Of a stretch of 64,000 bases of DNA, positions 18,563 to 28,893 are shown one piece after another. The translations under genes were made by a program, and so were the position numbers. Within the stretch, counting starts at the first letter, position 1; every line of letters starts with the position of its first letter. Source of the stretch: an uncultured Faecalibacterium sp. (GTDB lineage: Bacteria > Bacillota > Clostridia > Christensenellales > Aristaeellaceae). The notes beneath the pieces were generated by a model that was not told where the DNA came from, searched no databases, and worked only from the letters and a program-made list of their open reading frames with translations. Location: contig CAYLIC010000003.1 of assembly GCA_964383815.1 (NCBI GenBank), forward strand, positions 3,606-67,605. Reading direction: 5' to 3'.

Positions 18563-18613
18563 CATGCCGGAAGGCGCGCAGCGTTGATCAGAAGCATGGA
18601 GGGGAACATACTC

Positions 18614-20562
<1,949 letters not shown>

Positions 20563-20566
20563 GGGA

Positions 20567-20594
20567 TTGACAAAAATCCTCATTTGGATACAAT
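20567..20594 (+). promoter_or_regulatory. Sigma-70-type promoter of the 20671 gene
   Basis: TTGACA-16 nt-TACAAT. Confidence 0.5.
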
Positions 20595-20670
20595 GTATTT
20601 GTGACATTGTGTCCTTTTTCATTCTGTCATCATCATTGTCACAAATCATTGGCAAAGAGAGGTTGTGCCC

Positions 20671-21588
20671 ATGTTTGGATTCCGACCGGATGGACGGCGG
20701 GTCAGCGACATTGACCCCACCGTCCGCATTACCCCATACCTGATGCCCATGCGCTGCGATGCCCAGGTGTTTCTGCAGCACAAGGTGGACTACGAAATGC
20801 TGGCCCGCTACATTGCCAGGCAAAGCGCCAAGGGCGAGAAGATTACCTTCATGCAGATCATCATCGCCTCCTTTGTCCGGGCAGTGAGCCAGCACCCGGA
20901 AATCAACCGCTTCATCATGAACAAGCAGTATTACTCCCGCAACAACTGCACCGTGTCCTTCACCATGCTGAAGGATCCGCAGGATGCTGCTGCCGGTGAA
21001 ACTGCGGTGAAGATTAAGTATGACCTGACGGACACCATCTATGACGTGCGGGACAGGATGAACGCCGTTATCAACGCCAACCGGGGTGAAGGCACTGCCA
21101 ACTTCGCGGACAAGCTGGCCCGGGCTGCGCTGGCGGTGCCCGGCCTGCCCACGCTGCTGGTGTACCTGGTGCGCCTGCTGGACCGCTATGGCCTGTGCCC
21201 CGGTGCCCTGCTGGATGAGCTGCCTTTCCACACCAGCATGTACATTACCAACAATGCCTCCATCGGCCTGCACCATGTGAACCACCACATTTACAACTTT
21301 GGCTCCACCAGCCTGTTCTTCGGCATGGGTTCTGTGGAGCGCACCATGGTGATGGAAAACGGTCAGCCCCGGATGAAGCGCTGGCTGCCCATTGGCATTA
21401 CGGCGGACGAGCGGGTGTGCTCCGGCGCCCACTATGCAGGCTTCTTTGCCACCATGAGCAACTGCCTGAACCACCCCGAGCTGCTGGAGGTGCCCCCGGA
21501 GTCCGTCCGGTACGACCCCAAGGTGGAATACCATGTGCCCAAGGTGGGCGAAAAGAAGGCCGCTGAGGAGAAGACGGTAGGCGCGTAA
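20671..21588 (+). CDS. 2-oxoacid dehydrogenase E2 / CAT-fold acyltransferase-like protein without a lipoyl domain
   Basis: ~305 aa; ...ITFMQIIIASFVRAVSQHPEINRF...SFTMLKD...LPIGITADERVCSGAHYAGFF aligns by eye to the E2 catalytic core, but DHRxxDG is replaced by DERVCSG. Confidence 0.6.
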   Translation: MFGFRPDGRRVSDIDPTVRITPYLMPMRCDAQVFLQHKVDYEMLARYIARQSAKGEKITFMQIIIASFVRAVSQHPEINRFIMNKQYYSRNNCTVSFTMLKDPQDAAAGETAVKIKYDLTDTIYDVRDRMNAVINANRGEGTANFADKLARAALAVPGLPTLLVYLVRLLDRYGLCPGALLDELPFHTSMYITNNASIGLHHVNHHIYNFGSTSLFFGMGSVERTMVMENGQPRMKRWLPIGITADERVCSGAHYAGFFATMSNCLNHPELLEVPPESVRYDPKVEYHVPKVGEKKAAEEKTVGA

Positions 21589-21612
21589 GCCACATTCCCA
21601 AGCAGGATTTTT

Positions 21613-21669
21613 CCTCCGCTGTGTCGAATACGGTAGCATCACCGTGCTTCGGCAGAGCGGAGGTTTTTT
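21613..21669 (+). terminator. Terminator-like hairpin whose 3' arm contains the tyrA SD
   Basis: CCTCCGCT (21613-21620) pairs with AGCGGAGG (21656-21663), then TTTTTT. The tyrA ATG is at 21672. Confidence 0.5.
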
Positions 21670-21671
21670 GT

Positions 21672-22505
21672 ATGAATGTTGGCATTGTGGGCCTGGGGCT
21701 GATTGGCGGCTCCCTGGCGAAAACCATCAAGCTGCACACGGCGCACAGGGTGCTGGCCTGCGATATTGATTTGCAGACCCTCCTGCAGGCCCAGCTGATG
21801 GATGCCATGGACGGGGAGCTGGACGACCGCAATCTCCCTACCTGTGATGTGGTGCTGGTGGCTCTGTATCCCGCCGCCATTGTGGAGTGGATCAGCGGGC
21901 ATGCCCGCCTGTTCAAGCCCGGCGCCCTGGTGATTGACTGCGGCGGCGTGAAGCAGGAGATTTGCCGCCCCCTGGCGCCCCTGGCCCGGGAATGCGGCTG
22001 GCACTTTATCGGCGGACACCCCATGGCGGGCCGGGAGTTTTCCGGCTTCAAGTATGCCAAGGATGACCTGTTCGACAACGCCAGCATGATCCTTACCCCC
22101 ATGGGGGACGAGGCGCCGGAGCTGTTGCAGCAGGCGCGGGACTTCTTTATGGATCTGGGCTTCCGCCGGGTGCAGTTCACCACGCCCAAAACCCACGATG
22201 AGATGATCGCCTACACCAGCCAGCTGGCGCATATTGTTTCCAGCGCGTATGTGAAAACACCCCTGGCCCGGCGGCACAAGGGGTTCTCTGCCGGCTCCTT
22301 TGCGGATATGACCCGGGTGGCCCGGCTGAATGAGGGCATGTGGACGGAGCTGTTCTTTGACAACAGAGAGGCTCTGCTGCCCGAGCTGGAGAGCCTGGTG
22401 GCCCGCATGACCGAATATCGCGATGCCCTGCGGGACAACGACCGGGACACCATGCAGCGCCTGCTGCGGGAAGGCCGGGAAATCAAGGAAGGGTTGGAAA
22501 GCTGA
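21672..22505 (+). CDS. tyrA: Prephenate dehydrogenase
   Basis: MNVGIVGLGLIGGSLAKTIK (Rossmann GxGxxG)...GGHPMAGRE.... Confidence 0.85.
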   Translation: MNVGIVGLGLIGGSLAKTIKLHTAHRVLACDIDLQTLLQAQLMDAMDGELDDRNLPTCDVVLVALYPAAIVEWISGHARLFKPGALVIDCGGVKQEICRPLAPLARECGWHFIGGHPMAGREFSGFKYAKDDLFDNASMILTPMGDEAPELLQQARDFFMDLGFRRVQFTTPKTHDEMIAYTSQLAHIVSSAYVKTPLARRHKGFSAGSFADMTRVARLNEGMWTELFFDNREALLPELESLVARMTEYRDALRDNDRDTMQRLLREGREIKEGLES

Positions 22506-22933
22506 TGCGCATTGCTGTGTCCGCCTGCCTGCTGGGCGAAAAGTGCAAGTATAACGGTGGCGACAATGCCAATGCGAAGGTTGCTGCCTTTGTCCAAGGG
22601 CATGAGGTGGTGCCCCTGTGCCCGGAACGCCGCTGCGGCATGCCGTCGCCCAGGCCGCGGGTGGAAATTCGCGCAGGCCGCCTGGTGGACGAGTTTGGCA
22701 CGGATGTGGACGAGCTGTATCGCCGGGGTGTGGCAGACAGCATTGCGGACATGGGCCGGGTGGACATGGCGATTCTCCAGCCCCGCAGCCCAACCTGTGG
22801 CGCCCGCCAGGTGTACGATGGCAGCTTTTCCGGCAGGCTGCTGCCGGGCCAGGGCGCCCTGGCTGCCGCACTGACGGCCCTGGGCGTTCCCGTTTACGAG
22901 CCTGAAGACCTTGACGCACTGTGCAAGGAATGA
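22505..22933 (+). CDS. DUF523 (YbbK/TudS-like) protein
   Basis: MRIAVSACLLGEKCKYNGGDN...PLCPE...SPTCG. Confidence 0.75.
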   Translation: MRIAVSACLLGEKCKYNGGDNANAKVAAFVQGHEVVPLCPERRCGMPSPRPRVEIRAGRLVDEFGTDVDELYRRGVADSIADMGRVDMAILQPRSPTCGARQVYDGSFSGRLLPGQGALAAALTALGVPVYEPEDLDALCKE

Positions 22934-22950
22934 TATAATTTCCCTTGCCT

Positions 22951-23032
22951 GCTGGCATGGTGGAATGGCAGACACCGGGGACTTAAAATCCCCTGCTCAC
23001 AAGGCGTGCGGGTTCGAGTCCCGCTGCCAGCA
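22951..23032 (+). tRNA. tRNA-Leu (anticodon UAA), long variable arm, CCA not encoded
   Basis: Acceptor stem GCTGGCA/TGCCAGC, anticodon stem-loop GGGGA-CTTAAAA-TCCCC, T-arm GCGGGTTCGAGTCCCGC. Confidence 0.85.
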
Positions 23033-23043
23033 CGCAAAAACAA

Positions 23044-23088
23044 CAGCACCCGAACCTCTGTGATGGAGGCACGGGTGCTGTTTTTTTT
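23044..23088 (+). terminator. Intrinsic terminator after tRNA-Leu
   Basis: CAGCACCCG...CGGGTGCTG followed by TTTTTTTT. Confidence 0.65.
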
Positions 23089-24110
23089 CACTCACCCTGT
23101 ACAGGCATTGTTGTCCCTCGGCGTACCAGCGTGGGGGTGGTGATGTAGGTCTGTATTTGCGTGGCGGGATGCTTCAGCTTTTGCAGCACCAGGCGGCCTG
23201 CTTCCTGGCCCAGCTCGTACATGTTGATGTCCACCACGGTCATGGGCGGCTCAGTAAAGAGGGAGAAGGGATAGGTGTCGAAGGTGATGATGCCCATGTC
23301 CTCCGGGATGCGGATGCCCTTGGCCTGCAGCGCCTGCATGAGCCCCAGGGCAATGGGGTTGTTGGCACAGATGACCGCCTGGGGGCGCGGCTTCATCCGC
23401 AGGAGCTTCTTCATGGCCCGGGCGCCATCCGCCAGGGTGGACTGGCTTTGCAGCACCCGCTCGTGGGGGAGGGAAAGGCCTGCCTCCTGCAAGGCCTGGC
23501 GCACGCCCTGGAGCCGCCGCCAGGAAATCATATCATCCGCCCTGCCGCCCACATAGCACAGCTCCCGGTACCCCATTTCCGCCAGGTGGCGCACAGCCAG
23601 CTCGCCGGACAGGCGGTTGTCCGTGTCAATCCAGCAAAGGCGCTTGTCTATGTCCGGCTTGCCAATAACGATATGGGGGATGCTCTCCCTGCTGATGTAG
23701 TCCGCCAGCTTTTTCGTCATCACGGACATGTGCAGCACAAAGCCGTCCACCTGGTTCTGTGTCCAGGCCTTTTCCACATAGGGCAAGGCCTCCTTGCCGG
23801 ACAGGTGCTTCATCACCATGGCATAGCCTTTTTTGTCCAGGGTGTGGGCAGCGCCACGCATGATTTCGAACAGGTGCGGGTTTACAAAGGCGGCGTCAAA
23901 GGGGAAATCCGCCAGGAAGGCCATTTGATAGGAGGCCCGGGTGGCAAAATTTCTGGCACGGGCATTGGGCTGATAGCCCAGGGCCTTTGCGGCTTGCAGA
24001 ATGCGCTGCCGGGTTTCCTCCGCCACGGCGCCGGAGCCATTCATAGCCTTGGACACTGTGGCGGGGGACACACCGGCCCTTTGTGCTACATCACGAATGG
24101 TGGACGACAT
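23088..24110 (-). CDS. LacI family transcriptional regulator
   Basis: MSSTIRDVAQRAGVSPATVSKAMNG (HTH) plus a periplasmic-binding-fold domain. GGGAGG SD before the ATG at 24110. Confidence 0.85.
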   Translation of the reverse strand: MSSTIRDVAQRAGVSPATVSKAMNGSGAVAEETRQRILQAAKALGYQPNARARNFATRASYQMAFLADFPFDAAFVNPHLFEIMRGAAHTLDKKGYAMVMKHLSGKEALPYVEKAWTQNQVDGFVLHMSVMTKKLADYISRESIPHIVIGKPDIDKRLCWIDTDNRLSGELAVRHLAEMGYRELCYVGGRADDMISWRRLQGVRQALQEAGLSLPHERVLQSQSTLADGARAMKKLLRMKPRPQAVICANNPIALGLMQALQAKGIRIPEDMGIITFDTYPFSLFTEPPMTVVDINMYELGQEAGRLVLQKLKHPATQIQTYITTPTLVRRGTTMPVQGE

Positions 24111-24129
24111 ACCAACGCCTCCCGGCTCT

Positions 24130-25845
24130 TCATTTGCGGTAGACAACGAAACCGTTCATGCCCAGTATATCACATGCCAGCCGGGACTGCCACAGGATTT
24201 CTCCGGGAATGCACACGGGCACGCCCTCGGCGCTGCGGTTCAGCATGATGCCAATGGTTTCCTCCGGGCACTGGCGTACATAATGGTACAATCCACCCTG
24301 CCGCTGGGCAAACACCAGGCGGAAGCTGCCCCGGCGCAGGGCGGGGTGTGCGCTCCTTAGGGCGATGGCCTGGCGGTAGAAGGCCTGCATGTCGCAATCC
24401 CCCTGTCCCCAGGGCATGGGGCGACGGTATTCCTCCTCCAGCACGCCTGTCATGCCCAGCTCATCGCCGTAGAACACGCAGGGCATGCCCACAAAGGTCA
24501 TCTGGAACAAAACTGCCAGCTTCATGGCAGCCTTGTCCCCATTGCACAGGGAGAGAAAGCGGCTTACATCGTGGCTGTCCAGCAGGTTCAGCTGGGCATA
24601 GGCTACCGGGCGGCGGTAGCGCATGAGCATGTCCGTTACCCGGCTGTTGAAGGCCTGGGCATCCACATCCTGCAGGGCGAAAAACCTGCGGCAGTGCCTG
24701 CGGAAATTGTAGTTCATGGTGCTGTCGAACATGCTGCCGTCCAGCCAGTGGCAGGCGGTTTCCCACACCTCGCCAATCAGTGCGCAATCGGGTTTTACGG
24801 CCTTCACGGCGCTGCGGAAGGCCCGCCAGAAGCCGTCGTTCACCTCGCTGGCCACGTCCAGCCGCCAGCCATCGATGTCATATTCCTTCACCCAGTGGAC
24901 GCCCACCCGGCAGAAATAGTCCTGCACGGCAGGGTTGTCCGTGGCGGCTTTGGGCATCATCCGCTCGTAGCCGAAGCACTCATAGGTCGGATAATCCTCC
25001 ATGCTGTCCGGGATGGTCACCGGCTCGGCCAGGCGGAAGAACCAATCCCACCAGGGCGAGACCTTGCCACGGCGGATCACATCCTGAAAGCCGTCAAACT
25101 TCCAGCCCACATGGTTGAACACGCCGTCAATCATCACCCGCAGGCCCAGGCTGTGGGCGTCCTGCACCAGGGCCTTGAAGTCCCCATCGGTGCCAAAGGC
25201 CGGGTCGATATGGAAGTAGTCAATCAGGTCGTATTTGTGGTACTCCCCGGCCACGAAGATGGGGTTCATGTATATGCAGGTGAACCCCATGCCCTTGATG
25301 TAATCCAGGTTGGCCCGGATGCCTGCAATGGTGCCGCCCAGCTTGCCATGGACGGTTTCGCCGTGCCAGGCTTTTTCTGTGGGCGTGCAGGAAATGCAGC
25401 CTTTGCCGGTAGCGAAGCTATCGGGGAAAATGTTGTACACCACCGCATCCTGGAGCCAGGCGGGCGCCTGCACCCGGTCGGCCCGGTGGTTGTAGGGAAG
25501 CTGGAAGTATTCCGAGCGGTCGTCGGTTAGGGCGGCATTGAACTGGTCGCCATAGTACAGGGTTTCCGTGCCGGCGGTGTCCTCCAGCTGAAAACCGTAG
25601 CATAGCCGCCGGATGCCTGTTTCCAGGGTAACCTCCCACCAGTCGAACAGGGCATCCTGGCACACAGGCGCCATGGGCGCATGGAAATAATCCACCGGCG
25701 TGCGGCGGCAGGAACGGTCGCCATAGACCAGGGTGCAGCGCTTCAGGTCGCCCCTGGCGGCCCGGAGGCGGAACACCACATGGGAGTCATCCAGCCCAAA
25801 GGCGTATTGGGACATGGGTATGTGCATGATGGCTTCATACTTCAT
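24130..25845 (-). CDS. GH13 alpha-amylase family enzyme (neopullulanase/cyclomaltodextrinase-like, intracellular)
   Basis: 571 aa with no signal peptide; DGVFNHVG...GWRLDVASEV...GEVWE...LLDSHD (GH13 regions I-IV). Confidence 0.85.
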   Translation of the reverse strand: MKYEAIMHIPMSQYAFGLDDSHVVFRLRAARGDLKRCTLVYGDRSCRRTPVDYFHAPMAPVCQDALFDWWEVTLETGIRRLCYGFQLEDTAGTETLYYGDQFNAALTDDRSEYFQLPYNHRADRVQAPAWLQDAVVYNIFPDSFATGKGCISCTPTEKAWHGETVHGKLGGTIAGIRANLDYIKGMGFTCIYMNPIFVAGEYHKYDLIDYFHIDPAFGTDGDFKALVQDAHSLGLRVMIDGVFNHVGWKFDGFQDVIRRGKVSPWWDWFFRLAEPVTIPDSMEDYPTYECFGYERMMPKAATDNPAVQDYFCRVGVHWVKEYDIDGWRLDVASEVNDGFWRAFRSAVKAVKPDCALIGEVWETACHWLDGSMFDSTMNYNFRRHCRRFFALQDVDAQAFNSRVTDMLMRYRRPVAYAQLNLLDSHDVSRFLSLCNGDKAAMKLAVLFQMTFVGMPCVFYGDELGMTGVLEEEYRRPMPWGQGDCDMQAFYRQAIALRSAHPALRRGSFRLVFAQRQGGLYHYVRQCPEETIGIMLNRSAEGVPVCIPGEILWQSRLACDILGMNGFVVYRK

Positions 25846-25851
25846 GGGCGG

Positions 25852-26697
25852 TTATCCTTTCACTCCGCCTGAAGTCAGGCCGGAGACCATATGCTTTTGG
25901 GACAGGAAGAAAATCACCAGCACCGGCAGGCTGACCACCAGGGATGCCGCCGCAAACACAGGCCAGGAGCCGCTGGTTTCTGTGGCCTGGAGGGAGTACA
26001 GGCCGGAGGCCAGGGTCATCCTGTCGGTTCCGGTGAGGAAGTTGATGGAGAAGATGTACTCGTTCCACACAAAGTTTACAATCATCACCCCGGTGACAAT
26101 CAGCGTGGGCCGGGCCAGGGGAAGGACGATTCGGGTAACGATGTTCACATCGCTGCAGCCGTCCATGCGCCCGGCTTCCTCAATTTCCACGGGAATGGCG
26201 TCGAAGTACCCCTTCATGTTCAGCAGCGCAAACACGGACATGGTGCCCGCATAGATGATGATCAGCCCGATATGGGCGTTGATCAGCCCCAGGCTGCTCA
26301 TCAGCTTGTAAATGGCGAACATGGAAAGGATGGACGGGAAGGAGTATAAAAGCAGCAGCACCCGCAGCACCAGCCGCCTGCCTGCAAAACGCTTGCGGGA
26401 AAACACATACGCCGCCGGCACCGCTGTGCCCATGGCCAGCACCAGGGTGGCGAGGGTCAGCACCATGGTGTTGCCAAACCAGAGCAGCACCGGCTCCTGT
26501 GTAAACACCCGGGCATAGTGGGCCAGGGTGAACTCCCTGGGGATGAAGGAGAAGCTGGAGGACAAAAGGCTGCCCTTTGCATCCAGGGAAACGGACAGGG
26601 CATAGAGAATCGGCAGCAGCGCCAGGAAGCAGCAGGCGATGAAGAACAGGTTCACCCCTGTGGAAAAGGCGGCGCGCCTTACAGTTTTCGCTTTCAT
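25852..26697 (-). CDS. Carbohydrate ABC transporter permease (MalG-like)
   Basis: 281 aa, 6 TM helices, EAA-like loop EEAGRMDGCSDVNIVTRIVLPLARP. Confidence 0.85.
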   Translation of the reverse strand: MKAKTVRRAAFSTGVNLFFIACCFLALLPILYALSVSLDAKGSLLSSSFSFIPREFTLAHYARVFTQEPVLLWFGNTMVLTLATLVLAMGTAVPAAYVFSRKRFAGRRLVLRVLLLLYSFPSILSMFAIYKLMSSLGLINAHIGLIIIYAGTMSVFALLNMKGYFDAIPVEIEEAGRMDGCSDVNIVTRIVLPLARPTLIVTGVMIVNFVWNEYIFSINFLTGTDRMTLASGLYSLQATETSGSWPVFAAASLVVSLPVLVIFFLSQKHMVSGLTSGGVKG

Positions 26698-27608
26698 ACG
26701 CTGGCCTCCTTTTCCTGCCGGTTGGTTACCTGGGCAAAGACAATCAGCAGCAGGAAAATCATGATGGAAATGGCGGAGGAGTAGCCATAGTTGTTGGTGA
26801 TGAAGGCATTCTCATACGCATAGGTGATGATGGTGTGGATGTGCGCCCCTGTCTGGGAACCCACCTGCTGGGTCATCAGGTAAATGATGTCGAACTGCTT
26901 GAAGGTGGTGAACAGGGTAATCATCACCGATGGACCGATAATGGGCTTCAGGCATGGCAGGGTGATGGATACCGCCTGGCGGACAGGCCCTGCGCCATCC
27001 AGGGTAGCGGATTCGTAATAGCTGCGGTCAATGGCCTTCAGGCCGCCATCCATGATCATAATCATAAAGGGCAGCGCCAGCCACAGGTTGACCGCCGTGC
27101 AGCACAGAAACGCGCTGGCGTCACCCTGCAGCCAGCGGACGGTCAGCCCGGTGAGCTGGTTCATCCACTGGGTCAAAAGGCCAAACTGGCTGTTGAACAT
27201 GCCGGTTTTCCACAGGAGGATGCTCACATACCCGGGCATGGCCCAGGGAAACATGAGGATGGTTTTGTACACATTCCGCATGGGAAGGCGTTTCACGTTC
27301 AGCAGGTTGGCAATCAGGAAGGCAATGGCCAGCTGCAGGCCCATGTTGACAATCGTCCACAGGATGGTCATGCCCAGGGCGGCAAGAAACCCGGAATCGA
27401 ACACCAGCAGCGCACGGGTGTAATTGTCAAAGCCAATCAGGTCGAAATTAAACCAGTGGTAGGTGTTCATGTTGGTGAAGGAAATGTACCCGGTGTAGAG
27501 GATGGGAAAGACCACAATGAGGAAAATCAGCACCAGGGATGGTGCGGACACCAGGTAGGCCGCGACGGTTTTTCTTGCGGCATGGGGGCGTGCAGGCTGT
27601 TTCATCAT
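26694..27608 (-). CDS. Carbohydrate ABC transporter permease (MalF-like)
   Basis: 304 aa; YESATLDGAGPVRQAVSITLPCLKP. 4-bp overlaps with both neighbours. Confidence 0.85.
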   Translation of the reverse strand: MMKQPARPHAARKTVAAYLVSAPSLVLIFLIVVFPILYTGYISFTNMNTYHWFNFDLIGFDNYTRALLVFDSGFLAALGMTILWTIVNMGLQLAIAFLIANLLNVKRLPMRNVYKTILMFPWAMPGYVSILLWKTGMFNSQFGLLTQWMNQLTGLTVRWLQGDASAFLCCTAVNLWLALPFMIMIMDGGLKAIDRSYYESATLDGAGPVRQAVSITLPCLKPIIGPSVMITLFTTFKQFDIIYLMTQQVGSQTGAHIHTIITYAYENAFITNNYGYSSAISIMIFLLLIVFAQVTNRQEKEASV

Positions 27609-28813
27609 TTCATTGCCTCAATCAGCTCAAGGGCCTTCTTCTGTGCGGCAGCGGCGGCGGTGGGAATGTCCTGCCCGCTCATGTTCACGTTGGTCAAAAG
27701 GTTGCCGGTCACCGTCCACATCACGTCCATTTCGGGAATGTTGGGCATGGGGATGGCGGTTTGAGCGGTTTGCTTCATGGCCATAATCAGCTCATCCCCG
27801 GTAACCTCCTCCAGGGTGTAGCAGCTTTCCCTGGCGGGGGCGCAGCCGCTGACCCTGGCAAGCCTCACGCTGACCTCCGGCTGCATCAGCACTTGCAGCA
27901 CCCGGGTGATGGCCTCACCCTTCTGCTGGGCCTGCACCTTCAGCACATGCAGGCCCTGGATGCCGGAATAGGGCGCCAGGGGCAGGCCTGTTTCGTCCAC
28001 CAGGGGCATGGGCGCAATGCCCACATCAATGCCCGCCGCCCGCACCGTGGGCACAAACCAGGGCCCGGCAATGGTGGCGTGGGCCATTCCCTCGGTGAAA
28101 AGGGTGTTTACGGTGGCGTATTCCGTTTCGCCGGGCATGTAATCCACAAACTTCTTGTGGTACGATAGCGCGGAAATCACCGGAGCGCTGTCCAGACAGG
28201 GAACACCATCCCCGGTAATCAGGCTGCCGCCAAAGCCGTGAATCCACCCGGCGGCGTAGTAGGGCGTGGCATGCTGCTCCACAAAGCCGTAATGACCATA
28301 CTTGGTTTTCCGCTGCATGTAGGCGTAAAGCGCCTCAGTGGTGGCGGGCACATCCTCCGGGGACATGTACTTATTGTTGTACATGAACAGCAGGGTTTCA
28401 AAGTACAGGGGCACCTGGTACACCTGGCCCTTGTAGGTTGCGCCCTGCACGGTCAGGGGCACATAGTCCGCCAGCGCGTCCTGGCCCAACAGCTCGGTGA
28501 CAGGGGTCAGGATGCCCATCTCCGCATACACGCCAATTTTGTCGTGGGCGAAAAAGTACATGTCCGGCGCGGCATTTTTGTCGTTGCCCACCAGCTTCAG
28601 GGATTCTGTCATGCCGGTTTTCTTTTCAAACACCACATGAATGTCCGGCTCCAGGCACTGGGCGGCCTCCTCCAGCACGGCAATAACGGCATCCTCCTTG
28701 TCGTGCCAGATGGTGATGGTCACAGGGCCTGCGGCCTGATTGTCAGTTGAACCGGTGCAGCCTGTCAGCAGGAATAGAATGCTGACCAGCAGCAAACACA
28801 AAGCCTTACGCAT
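27605..28813 (-). CDS. Maltodextrin-type ABC substrate-binding lipoprotein (MalE-like)
   Basis: Lipobox LLTGCTGS; a 402-aa SBP fold within a starch locus. Confidence 0.8.
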   Translation of the reverse strand: MRKALCLLLVSILFLLTGCTGSTDNQAAGPVTITIWHDKEDAVIAVLEEAAQCLEPDIHVVFEKKTGMTESLKLVGNDKNAAPDMYFFAHDKIGVYAEMGILTPVTELLGQDALADYVPLTVQGATYKGQVYQVPLYFETLLFMYNNKYMSPEDVPATTEALYAYMQRKTKYGHYGFVEQHATPYYAAGWIHGFGGSLITGDGVPCLDSAPVISALSYHKKFVDYMPGETEYATVNTLFTEGMAHATIAGPWFVPTVRAAGIDVGIAPMPLVDETGLPLAPYSGIQGLHVLKVQAQQKGEAITRVLQVLMQPEVSVRLARVSGCAPARESCYTLEEVTGDELIMAMKQTAQTAIPMPNIPEMDVMWTVTGNLLTNVNMSGQDIPTAAAAAQKKALELIEAMK

Positions 28814-28848
28814 GACTGATTCCTCCTATGAAGTGAGCGATGATAGCG

Positions 28849-28881
28849 AAAACAGGAGAGGAGACAGCTTCTCCTCTCCTG
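28849..28881 (-). terminator. Intrinsic terminator after the CBM protein gene
   Basis: AGGAGAGGAG...CTCCTCTCCT hairpin with a T-tract on the minus strand. Confidence 0.6.
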
Positions 28882-28893
28882 CGAAGGTGTAGG

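Noticed and set aside
22951-23088. tRNA-Leu as an integration hotspot or genomic-island boundary
   Set aside because: There is no integrase, no direct repeat of the tRNA 3' end, and no compositional break that I can see. Both flanks carry ordinary metabolic or regulatory genes (DUF523 and the LacI/GH13 operon).
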